From the human T2T-CHM13v2.0 reference genome, Homo sapiens, in NCBI RefSeq assembly GCF_009914755.1, contig NC_060926.1: a DNA stretch of 64,000 nucleotides. The stretch is one strand, 5' to 3'. Under the pieces are notes generated by a model. It was not told the DNA's origin and searched no databases. It worked only from the letters and a program-made list of their open reading frames with translations. The first letter of the stretch is position 1. Every line of letters starts with the position of its first letter. A program made the translations under genes and the position numbers. Below, in pieces: positions 13,899 through 25,600 of this stretch.

Positions 13899-14130
13899 GA
13901 TACTCAGTAAGACACACAGCAATGTGAAGGTGACCGGCCGACCCCAGCAAGACGCAGATACTCAGTAAGACACACAGCAACGTGAAGGTGACCGGCCGAC
14001 CCCAGCAAGACGCAGATACTCAGTAAGACACACAGCAATGTGAAGGTGACCGGCCGACCCCAGCAAGATGCAGATACTCAGTGAGACACACAGCAACGTG
14101 AAAGTGACCGGCCGACCCCAGCAAGACGCA
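13899..14130. repeat. 58-bp tandem repeat, 4 near-identical copies
   Basis: gatactcag starts at 13899, 13957, 14015 and 14073. Confidence 0.97.
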
Positions 14131-14544
14131 GCCACTCACAGTGGGAGGAAAGCAAGAAATGGCAGGAATGAAAGCCAGGGCTCAGAGAGAAAACGATCTG
14201 CTCCAACATCGAAGGAACACATTCTCCTCAACAGCAGGGGCCTATGGGCTTCGCAGACACCCACAGCAACTCGGGTCTCTAGGATGGCCTCAGACAGCAA
14301 GGACAGAAAGCAATGCCCCCATGCACCCGCCGTGAGATGACAGGGAAGCGAATGAGCAGACACGGACATCATTGAGGGTGATGAAGATAATAAAAGGATG
14401 TCCTACGTGTGACCACATGTGGCAGAGACAGCCATGGGTGGCCGGAGATGGAGGAAGCTCAGCTGGCCATTGCTCCCCATGTCTAAAACTCTCTTGCAGG
14501 AGACGTGGTCCTGGAAGAGCCCGGAGTTCCGGGTCCAGGGACAG

Positions 14545-14720
14545 GGGTTTGAGTCCCGGTTCTGCCAGAGCTTAGCTTCATAGCTTCTGAGCCACAGTTT
14601 CATTTATCAAAAAAAAAATAATCATCATCAAAATAAACATAGTAACATTCCTCCTTTGTCTACCAATTCCTAAGTTTATTTGTGAATCAAATGAAATACT
14701 ACCTATGAATATATTTTGTT
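14545..14720 (+). mobile_element. MIR SINE fragment
   Basis: gggtttgagtcccggttctgcca...tctgagccacagtttc...ttgtgaatcaaatgaaata is MIR core-like. Confidence 0.65.
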
Positions 14721-15370
14721 CAGTATAAATTGCTTTGCAAGGGTAAGGGCTTTTTATAATTATATAAATAAATGCAACCAACATATACCTCCCTGGCAGC
14801 AGAGGACAACCGTGCAGCCGTCAGGACCGGGAAGGGCAGAGGAGCTGACTCCGCATCTCTCTCTCCTGAGGCCCCCACTCCTGCTCCACACCATGATTCT
14901 ATTAAAGGTGTGCATAATTAACCCGCAATTCTGCCAGGCATTCTTGCAGTGAAATACAAGGGCATTATCATGATATATTGTGAGATTCTGCTGATTGGAG
15001 GTTACAAAGTATGTAATTAGCTCATGTCACTCCACATAGTTACCTGAGAGTAAGTGGCGACATTCATTACAGCGTACAAGGAAACATAAAAATGATGAAA
15101 GGAAAACAAAATTCTCAATTCCTTCATTACTGAGTTCAGTGACAATAAGAAGCTAATTGCAACATTTTGTATAGTTTGATGAATATTGCTTTTTTCAAAA
15201 AAAATAAAATAAACCCAAGTACTAAAGTCAGAACTGTCCTTGGATACTATTCTTCAGCCCAAGATCTCCCATAGGATGAAAGCGAGGCCCCAAGAGACTG
15301 CATCGCACTTTCAGTGCTGTAAGCAAGTGCGTAGTTTGGATGGAAAGAGAGGAAGACTCAGGAACCGGCA

Positions 15371-15456
15371 GCTGAGAACCACCGCACACGCGTGTGCGGG
15401 CACCGCGCCGCCCCCTGCTGAGAACCACCGCACACGCGTGTGCAGGCACCACGCCG
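15371..15456. repeat. 46-bp duplication containing palindrome (cc)gcacacgcgtgtgc(gg)
   Basis: gctgagaaccaccgcacacgcgtgtgc occurs at 15371 and 15417. Confidence 0.9.
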
Positions 15457-16444
15457 GCTGCTGCGAGTCCAGTCTCGCTCAGTCTCTTGAGCCGGCTGGA
15501 AGCGTGTGTGGCATTGAGGGGTCCACCTCCCGGGTGTGGAAACTGGGATTTATGGCAGTTGATTCACTGGTCCAAGGTTCTACAAATGGGTAATGTCAGA
15601 GCTGGGACAAGCGTCTGCAGACCCTTCACCCCATTTCCAATATAGACAGTGACTGTGAGCAGGGTTGCCTTCTCTGGCCTGGGGCACCACCACGTCCCCA
15701 TTTTAGACAGGAGGGAGCTGTGTCTCACTGAGAGCCCATTTCTCCCTCAGTCCTCCAGCTGCTTCACGGCAAACCACAGTCCTGCCCCACCTGCGCCTGA
15801 TGTGAAACCCATGAGAAACCCACTCTCTCCAAGCCCCCAGGGGCAACATTCGACAGCCCCCACCCAGGATGACGTCACAGCCTGGCCTGGCCGGCATGTC
15901 CACTCGGCCAGAGAGCTCAGTGCATCCACCCTCCTTTCTCTACCCCAGAGGCCCTAAGGTCACTGAGGCTGAGCGGGCAGAGGCATCCGGGCCCCAGGGT
16001 GATGGAGGCCAGGGTGAGGCTGGCCTGTCGACTGCCTTCCTGCACTTCACAGACATACACGGGGTGCCATTATTCAGATTGGTCTGGGGTCTCTGCCCAG
16101 GGAAGAAGGGGCCCTGGCTGTTGAAAGGCCCCACTCAAGGAGACTCAGGCTGAGTGTGAGAAACGGCCTTGCTTTGAAGAGACAGGCAGTGGGGGACTGT
16201 GGGGAGTAAGTCTCAGCTACTAACGAGTTTGTGAACAGCGTGGAGCAGAGACAAGCATCGCTGGCCATGGCCTGTCCCTCACATCAGCCTGCAGGGCATG
16301 ACATGAGCCACAGGACTGAGCCCCACACTCACGGGACCAGGTGCAGTGACTGGTCAGATTCTGTCCACAAACCTGCTCCCGTATTGGTCCTTCCTGTCCG
16401 AGTGGCTGGTCCCAATGCCCCGACCTGTTAAGAGGCCCTTGAAG

Positions 16445-16877
16445 GCACATCACACCCGTTAGGATGGCTGCCACCAAAGAGACAGAAAATAACAAGGGCT
16501 GGAAAGGATAGAGAGAACAGCGTCAGAAAATTCTGCCACATGCCACAACATTCATTAAACTTGATGACATTATGCCAAGTTAAAGGAGTCAGTCACACAC
16601 ACACACAAAATCACACACTGTGTGAGTCCATTTATGTGAAATATCTAGAGTAGCCAGGTTCATAAGGACAGAAAGTAGAAGGGCAGCTGCCAGGAGCTGA
16701 GGGAAAGGGGAAAGTTATTCTTTAACGGGGACAATTTCAGTTTTTCAAGATAAAAATGTTCTGGATATTGATTGTACAACAATGTGAATATACCTAACAC
16801 TACTGAACAGTACACTTAGACATAGTTAAAGTGGTAAAATTTATGCCATGTGTATTTTACCACAATTTAAGAAAAAA
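16445..16877 (+). mobile_element. L1M (L1MB-like) 3' end
   Basis: cacacccgttaggatggct...aaaataacaag; catgccacaaca...cttgatgacattatgccaagt; acaacaatgtgaatatacctaacactactgaac...tattttaccacaattt followed by an A-rich end. Confidence 0.85.
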
Positions 16878-17326
16878 GGGGGCATCCCGTGTAAGGTTTG
16901 GAAATAAATGCCTGCTAGGCAATCGTTTTGGAAAATGCCTGGAACATAATAGGTGTTCAACAAATTGTTGCCTTTGTAATTTGTAATGACTGTGAAGCGC
17001 AGCCACCCCGCAGAGCCCGGGGGTGTTAAGGCAACAATCGTAAATTGAAAGTGCCTGCGATGCCTCATCATCGGGGAAAGGGTGCTGGGAAGGAACCTGT
17101 TCTGAGGTATAATAGGAGGTGGGTTCCTGGGAAATTACTGGCTGGGATGATGAAACCACAGCTGAAGTTTGAGCAGCAGACACACAGCCTGTCATGGGGC
17201 AGCATTTCTCCATTCGTATCCTGAGCCAACAATTGAGAAGCAGAGCATGCAGACTGTGAAGAGGCTCCTGAAACCAGCCTGTGAGCTGGCCAGGGAGGAA
17301 TCAGCCCTGAGGGATGGTGACAGGGA

Positions 17327-18900
17327 GGCTCAGAGAGAGTAGAGCCCAGGAAATATGGACACAGGCTCAGAGAGAGCAGAGCCCAGGGAAGATGGACACA
17401 GGCTCAGAGAGAGCAGAGCCCAGGGAAGATGGACACAGACTCAGAGAGCAGAGCCCAGGGAAGATGGACACAGGCTCAGAGAGAGCAGAGCTCAGGGAAG
17501 ATGGACACAGGCTCAGAGAGCAGAGCCCAGGGAAGATGGATACAGACTCAGAGAGAGCAGAGCCCAGGGAAGATGGACACAGACTCAGAGAGAGCAGAAC
17601 CCAGGGACGATGGACACAGACTCAGAGAGCAGAACCCAGGGAAGATGGACACAGACTCAGAGAGAGCAGAGCTCGGGGAAGATGGACACAGACTCAGAGA
17701 GCAGAGCCCAGGGAAGATGGACACAGACTCAGAGAGCAGAGCCCAGGGAAGATGGACACAGACTCAGAGAGAGCAGAGCCCAGGGAAGATGGACACAGAC
17801 TCAGAGAACAGAGCCCAGGGAAGATGGACACAGGCTCAGAGAGAGCAGAACTCAGGGAAGATGGACACAGGCTCAGAGAGCAGAGCCCAGGGAAGATGGA
17901 TACAGACTCAGAGAGAGCAGAGCCCAGGGAAGATGGACACAGACTCAGAGAGCAGAGCCCAGGGAAGATGGACACAGACTCAGAGAGGAGAGCCCAGGGA
18001 AGATGGACACAGACTCAGAGAGCAGAGCCCAGGGAAGATGGACACAGGCTCAGAGAGAGCAGAGCCCAGGGAAGATGGACACAGACTCAGAGAGCAGAGC
18101 CCAGGCAAGATGGACACAGACTCAGAGAGCAGAGCCCAGGGAAGATGGACACAGACTCAGAGAGGAGAGCCCAGGGAAGATGGACACAGACTCAGAGACC
18201 AGAGCCCAGGGAAGATGGACACAGGCTCAGAGAGAGCAGAGCCCAGGGAAGATGGACACAGACTCAGAGAGAGCAGAGCCCGGGGAAGATGGACACAGAC
18301 TCAGAGAGCAGAGCCCGGGGAAGATGGACACAGACTCGGAGAGCAGAGCTCGGGGAAGATGGACACAGACTCGGAGAGGAGAGCCCGGGGAAGATGGACA
18401 CAGACTCAGAGAGCAGAGCCCAGGGAAGATGGACACAGACTCAGAGAGAGCAGAGCCCAGGGAAGATGGACACAGACTCAGAGAGCAGAGCCCAGGGAAG
18501 ATGGACACAGACTCAGAGAGCAGAGCCCAGGGAAGATGGACACAGACTCAGAGAGAGCAGAGCCCAGGGAAGATGGACACAGACTCAGAGAGCAGAGCCC
18601 AGGGAAGATGGACACAGACTCAGAGAGCAGAGCCCAGGGAAGATGGACACAGACTCAGAGAGAGCAGAGCCCAGGGAAGATGGACACAGACTCAGAGAGC
18701 AGAGCCCAGGGAAGATGGACACAGACTCAGAGAGCAGAGCCCAGGGAAGATGGACACAGACTCAGAGAGAGCAGAGCTCGGGGAAGATGGACACAGACTC
18801 AGAGAGCAGAGCCCAGGGAAGATGGACACAGACTCAGAGAGCAGAGCCCGGGGAAGATGGACACAGACTCAGAGAGCAGAGCCCGGGGAAGATGGACACA
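17327..18900. repeat. 35/37-bp minisatellite, ~44 copies (gagcagagcccagggaagatggacacagactcaga[ga])
   Basis: Highly homogeneous purine-rich units that differ by one GA dinucleotide. All three + frames are open. Confidence 0.98.
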
Positions 18901-19731
18901 TTGGCAAGGGCGTTTGTAGGGCACAGCCCTGAAACCATGGAAAGCCATGCTAATCTCATCTTAGAAAGAAAGACCATGTGCAGAGATAAAATAGCACATA
19001 TCAGGCTCCCAGCTCACAGACATCAGATCAAGACAGCATTTCGCCACAGTGGACAACCGACCCCAGAGGCTTCATGACAAAAAATTCCAGGAAAGTCACT
19101 AATAATCCTAGCGAAAACAGGATTTGAGCCAGGAGAAAGTCATTAAGACAAGAACTACCTCAGACAGCACACTCTTTTTTTTTCCTTTTTGCTTTTCTTT
19201 TCCTTTTTTTTTTTTCCTTTTGGAGGATTGTTAACTCCTCGCAGTGGCATCAGGGGCAGGAGCAGCTGGGAGATTCGGCAGCAACTTGTGTTATCACTGA
19301 GTACGATCCCACCTCCTCTGGCCCTGAATGCAGGGATGTGCATAGAATTAATGTGCGTGTGTGTGCGTGTGCATGTGTGTGAGTGTTTGAGTATGTGTCT
19401 GTGACAGAGAGAGAGCACCCTGGCAGGCCCCTCCTGTGTAGCTGTGACTGGTTGCTCCTTCCCACATCTCAGGTGGCCACTGGCTCCAAGAGTCCCTTTA
19501 CATTAAGGTCAGATGAAGAAACTGACAACTGAACTGAAACACAAATGACCAAAAAAACAAAGGTCCAAGACAGGAAAAAAAAAAAAAGAAAAGAAAAAAG
19601 GTGGCAGTGGGCTAGAGTTTCTAGGCCAAGAAGTAGATTCTTAGCCCCCAAAATACTCAGTGTATTCCCCAAGAAGAGTTTTGTACCAGAAAGCATTTAG
19701 TCCAATTCTTTTCAGCTGACACTTGACACTA

Positions 19732-19810
19732 TTACATTGGTTCAAAAGTAATCATGGTTTTAGCCATGGAAAGTAATGGCAAAAACTGGGATACTTCTGC
19801 ATCAACCTAA
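19732..19810. mobile_element. MADE1 (Hsmar1-derived MITE)
   Basis: About 80-bp palindromic ttacattggttcaaaagtaat...gccat...aatggcaaaaact...tgcatcaacctaa, preceded by TA. Confidence 0.88.
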
Positions 19811-20074
19811 TGGTTTAGATTCTAGACAGCAGGCAACAGAGCCTGGCTTGGTCCAACTAAAACAAGACTGAATGGATTCAAAGCACATTGGAGGCATCTG
19901 CAGGTTAGTGGGTGGCTCTGTGCCAATGGCAGTGCCTGTGCTGGGGACTCATTCTAGAGTCATATGAGGCCCTGGCATTACGGGCTCCTCCACCAGGCCT
20001 AGAATGGTGCTCAGAGCTGGGCAGAGGGTCAGTCAAGTCCTGTTGATTGATTGCTGTTTAAAATAACTGGATGA

Positions 20075-20116
20075 GTCCGCAGCCATACCACCCTGAACGC
20101 ACCCGGTCTCATCTGA
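20075..20116 (+). pseudogene. 5S rRNA retropseudogene fragment (5' 42 nt only)
   Basis: gtccgcagccataccaccctgaacgcacccggtctcatctga versus the 5S 5' end GTCTACGGCCATACCACCCTGAACGCGCCCGATCTCGTCTGA (36/42). Flanked by direct repeats. Confidence 0.92.
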
Positions 20117-21227
20117 AATAATTTGATGAGCAAGTTGACTTTAACTATAAGCAGGTTGACTCTCACTCTTGTGGGATCTAAACATCACTTGATGGAACCA
20201 GCTATAGAATATTGATTACCGGTTTTGATTTACCAATAAGAAGCCTACTATGTCAGGGATTTTTCTCCCAGCCCCACCCTAGTTAATATGTGAACTTTGA
20301 TCAAAGCCCTTCACATCTCTGAATCGGTTTCTTATCTGTAAACATGCAGATGTGGTGGAGAAAATACCTTCAGCCCCAACAGCCCACTGTCTGTGAAGCC
20401 AGCAGAAGGCTGTGCACAATGAGAGGAGGCGAAAGGCCTGGCGCTCGGGGATTTGCACCGCCAGGGCGCCGGGGCCTCTCGTTCAGAACAGGGGCCCCAT
20501 CGCACGGCCTTTGGTGCATCCAAGAGCCACAGAAGAGCCCTTGTGCAACTGGCCAGAAGCCTCCCATCCCACCTGTCTCCTGACAAGGACCAGGCTGGAC
20601 ATTCTCTGACAGGGAGGCTGCTTCTCAAAGGGCAGAGAGACAAATCAGAGACGATTGTCAGGAGCAGTTAATGGTGATTGCTCCAATTTTCCCCTGGTAA
20701 TAGTTAGTCTGCGGTGCACCTCTAGCTCCAGCCATGAATATTTAACAAGAGAATATGTCATCAGAACAAGCCCCCACAGCCAACGAATTAATATTAATGG
20801 GGCGAAAATTGAGCCTCCTACTGAACCCTTGGAGAAGTCTGTAAAGGCGGTGATTACGGACGAACTCGGATGATCTCAGAGTTGACCTTACCCTGGGCAG
20901 CTCTCAGCAGCAACCACGTGAAAAACAATTAAACATTCAACGTGTCTCTCCCACCAGCCTGGAATTGGAGGCTTAGGTGCTCCTGACAATGTGCATTTCA
21001 AAGTTGATCTGCAGAGCAGCTGACAGGTCAGGCAGAGTCACGGGAAGAAGCCTTGGAAAAGAGCAGGGCATGAACGAGGCCAGCAGGGGATGGATCATTG
21101 GCTTAGGACCAGACAGAGCTGGAGGCTCAGCCCAAGGCCCCGTGAGGCAGGTGAGGAGCCCAGGACAGAGGGGCTGCCAACTTCCTCGAGCTGACGTCTA
21201 ACTGGGAGCAGGGACCCCATTACCCAA

Positions 21228-21495
21228 CATCAGCCCCGACCCCTACATGGTGTCTAAGTAGTCCCTGGCACAAAGTGAAGGTTCAGTAGAGATGAGCTTG
21301 CTCCTCCTGGGCCTCAGCACCATGCAGAAGGGAGGCCCGGCCTCTGTGCTCACCTCGGTGGCATCAGCCCCAACCTCTACACGGTGTCTAAGTAGTCCCT
21401 GGCACAAAGTGAAGGTTCAGTAGAGATGAGCTTGTTCCACCCAGGCCTCAGCACCATGCAGGAGGGAGGCCCTGCCTCTGTGCTCACCTAGGTGG
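21228..21495. repeat. ~134-bp tandem duplication (2 copies)
   Basis: catcagcccc...ggtgtctaagtagtccctggcacaaagtgaaggttcagtagagatgagcttg...ctctgtgctcacct starts at 21228 and 21362. Confidence 0.95.
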
Positions 21496-21939
21496 TAACA
21501 CCCAGGCACATTTTCCGCAGGGCATTTGAGCAACTCCATTCCCACGCAGGGCCATGGGCGCCGACACGTCCAGCACTGGCGCAGGTTGGTTCAGGCAAGG
21601 AGAATTTCTGGCAAGTCTGATCCTGTCATGTCCTGATGCTCAACACATTTATGTGTATTCATCCAGTTATTCATTCATTCTATCAACATTTCCTGAGTAC
21701 TGAAAAACATGATGACTGATCTGGCCTTGAAAACAGCAAAATCATTCTCCCCATGGCTCAGGCCTAGTAGTGTAGGGGACAATGAACAAGAGAAATATGT
21801 AAAGTATGTAAACTGTTGGAAGTATCCTAAAAAGAAAAAAAAATAGATGCCAAGCACAGGAAGTGTGTGGGGTAAAAATTGAGAAATGAGGTTGAGAGAG
21901 AAGCCTCAGTGAGATGGGTACTATAAAAAAAATGTGAGA

Positions 21940-22990
21940 GAGGAGGCTGATGGAGGAGCACCTGCTGGACTGAGGGAGGAGGCTGATGGGGGAGCACCTG
22001 CTGGAGAGAGAAGGAGGCTGATGGAGGAGCACCTGCTGAAGAGTGGAGGAGGCTGATTGAGGAGTACCTGGTGAACTCAGGGAGGAAGCTGATAGAGGAG
22101 CACCTGCTGGAATGAGGATGAGATAGAAGGAGTAGCTCCTGCTGGACTGAAGAAAGAGGCTAATGGAGGAGCACCTGTGGAGTGAGGAAAAGGTAGATGG
22201 AGGAGCACCTACTGGAATGAGGAGGAGGCTGATATAGGAGCACCTGCTGGAGAGAGGAGAAGGGAGATTGAGGAGCCCCTGCTGAACTGAGGGAGGAGGC
22301 TGATTGAGGACCATCTGCTGGAATGAGAAGGAGATGAAAGGAGTAGCACCTGCTGGACTGAGGGAGGAGGCTGTTGTTGGAAAAGCACCTGCTGAGGTGA
22401 GGAGGAGGCTGATGGAGGAACACCGGCTGGAGTGAGGGAGGAGGCTAATGGAGGAGGACCTGCTGGAGTGAGGGAGGTGGCTGATGGAGGAGCACTGGCT
22501 GGAGTGAGGAAGGAGGCTGATGGAGGAGCACCTGCTGGACTGAAGGAGGAGGCTGATGGAGGAGCACTGGCTGGAGTGAGGAAGGAGGCTGATGGAGGAG
22601 CACCTGCTTGACCGAGGGAGGAGGCTGTTAGAGGAGCACCTGCTGGAGTGAGGGAGGTGGCTGATGGAGGAGCACCTGCTGGACTGAAGGAGGAGGCTGA
22701 TGGAGGAGCACCTGCTGGACTGAGGGAGGAGACTGATGGAGGAGCACCTGCTGGAGTGAGGAGGAGGCTGATGGAGGAGAACCTGCTGGACTGAGGGCAG
22801 AGGCTGATGGAGGAGCACCTGCTGGACTGAGGGAGGAGGCTGAGGAAGGAGCACCTGTAGGAGTGAGGAGGAGGCTGATGAAGGAGCACCTGCTGGACTG
22901 AGGGAGGAAGCTGATAGATGATCACCTGCTGGTGTGAGGAGGAGGCTGCTGGAGAATCCCCTGCTGGCGTGAGGATCAGGCTGATGGCAG
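21940..22990. repeat. 36-bp minisatellite, ~29 copies (ggactgagggaggaggctgatggaggagcacctgct)
   Basis: 36-bp period, seen as the 12-aa repeat SSRCSSISLLPH in the minus-strand ORF. Homogeneous in the centre and diverged towards the edges. Confidence 0.96.
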
Positions 22991-23003
22991 AGCACTACAA
23001 TAA

Positions 23004-23377
<374 letters not shown>

Positions 23378-25028
23378 GAGCCTGCCGAGTTTCTTTAAAG
23401 ACCAGGAGGCGTCTAGCATGGGTAATGTGGAATAAGCACAAGTGACTATGGAATCCAGTGGTCAGAGTCCTGATGGAGGTAAGATCACGTAGGACTCTGT
23501 CCCACAGGCTTCGATTTAGGTTTAATCTGAGTACACAGCAAATCTTATGAGTATCTTGCTTTTAATCAGTGGAATGCTCATGTATCATTTGTGTTTTACA
23601 GTGACTTTGGTTCCTGTGCTGAGCATTGACTCTAAGGTTCAAGGTGAGTGCAGGGAGAGTGGGTTGAGACCATTTTTATACCCAGACAGAAGAAGCTGTT
23701 GAGCAGTAGTCATTGCTGTTTGTATTTTGTTGGCACACTCAACAGGATTTGAAGATGGATTAGTAATGCATTCAGAGAATTAAAAAAAAGAGATAAAAGT
23801 CATTCTTATGTATTTGGGCTGAGTAACTGGAAGGATGTGACAATCATTAGCTGACTTAGGAAGAAAGCAAGAGAAGCAGGCTTTGAAGTTCACATGGGAC
23901 CTCTTGCAGTTGTTGAACACCTAAGCAGAATTGCTGTACACACACAGTTTTATAGATGAGTGTGGAGTTTGTGGAGAGAATGGGGCTGCACATATGCAAT
24001 GGGACTCATCAACATCCAGAGGGTGTTTAGAGCTATGACTCTGAATGGAATCAGTAAAGCATAAATGTGACCATAATAAAAACATTTCAAAGACTAAGCC
24101 CTGATGTGCCAGCTTTAAGTTATCTGCAATGGAGACTGAGAAGAAGGAGACAGAGCAGTAGGAGAAACATGAGGCAGGTGATGTCCTGAAGGCCACATAG
24201 AGAAATGGCTTCAAGGAGGAAAGAACAAGGCCTGATCACTTGATATTGATGAGAAGAGTTTTGTTGGAGGATGCAGAGAAGACTGATGGCCGCTGTGAGA
24301 GCATAGCAGGGGAGAAGTGGAGGAAGTGCAGGTAGGTACCCTTTCAGGGAGTTTGTCTATCAAGGGAACTAGATACACAAGGTGATACCTTGAGGACAAA
24401 GAAAAGTCAAGAGGATTTACTAAGGAATGAAGAAATAAATCATGTGTATCTGCTCTTGGAAATAAAACAATAGAGAGAAGAAAGGGACAATGCAGGATTT
24501 AGAGTGAAGAATGTCTGGAAAATAAGGTCTTTACAGAGGTGAGGCCACTGAGACCTAAGGAAAAATGGAGGGATTATACTTAGCTAGACAGGTGCAAAGG
24601 TCACCCTCCATCAAAGGAAGAAAGGGAGGATGGATGGACGGGGGGATGGAAGGAGTGACGAATGGCGGGGTGGGCAGATGGGTGGATGTGAAGGTATGTG
24701 GGTGGCTGGCTGGTGTTGTACATGGAATGGATTAGTGAATATTCACTTATTGTCACCAGCTCTCTGGTGAAATCTGTGGCCGCAGTGAATGGTTGTAGCC
24801 TCTCACTCAGAGCTGCCTTAATGCTCATGGATTTAAGACCCAGAGAGGTTGATAAAATTTAGCTAATGAGCACGATAGCAGGTAACAGAAACAAAGAGGT
24901 CAGGCTTTGTTTCCTAGAGACATACTGGTGATGTCATTTGTGAATGAGAGCCTCCCACACAGCTGCTGTTCTCTGACTGCTCAGAAAATTGTCTCTCTAG
25001 AATGCCAACTTAATCATATCACTTCCCT

Positions 25029-25030
<2 letters not shown>

Positions 25031-25061
<31 letters not shown>

Positions 25062-25100
25062 AAAGAGAGAAAAAAAGAAAGGAAGAAAAGAAAAGAAAAA
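25031..25100 (+). repeat. Poly(A)/A-rich tract inside a short L2 fragment
   Basis: About 29 As followed by (GAAA)-like units. The flanks tcatatcacttccctgc and tgcctcactggcttgcccttgggataaa are contiguous L2-like sequence. Confidence 0.85.
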
Positions 25101-25189
25101 TGCCTCACTGGCTTGCCCTTGGGATAAAATAAAAAATTCTTAATGTGACCTACGGTTCTCACCATCCCTACTTCTTTCCTGTGTGGATG

Positions 25190-25600
25190 AAATGGCTATT
25201 GCAGCCTAACGCACCACTCCAAAATTTAGTGGTTTAAAATTACAGCTATTTCTTACTTCTCACTGAGTCTATGAGTCAGCTTGGCAGCCCTTCTCATGGG
25301 GGCTGGATCTGCTGATCTCAGCTGGGCTCATGCTTGAGTCTGTCTCATTGACGGGGGAGCTGGAGCTGGCTGGCCTAGGATGGCGTTGGCTTGTGTCACT
25401 GGCCTCTGCCTGGGCGGAATTGAGAGAGACAGACAGAGAGGGAGTGGGAAGAAGCACACAGGCCTTTTGAGGCTGAGGCTGAGGCTCAGAAGGGTTTGTG
25501 CTCACCATGTCCTTTTAGTCAAAGCAAGGCAGGCCCGGTTTTGGCGGCAGGGTGGCTGGAGGGGTTTAGACTCCAACTCCTGAAGGCAGAAGCTGCAGGC
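25190..25600 (-). mobile_element. Old MLT1-family LTR
   Basis: ctattgc..cctaac.caccactccaaaatttagtggtttaaaa...ctcagctgggctc is MLT1(F-I)-like. Confidence 0.7.

Noticed and set aside
13899-14130. CRISPR-like regular repeats (also other arrays)
   Set aside because: Head-to-tail units with no unique spacers, in eukaryotic DNA with no cas genes.
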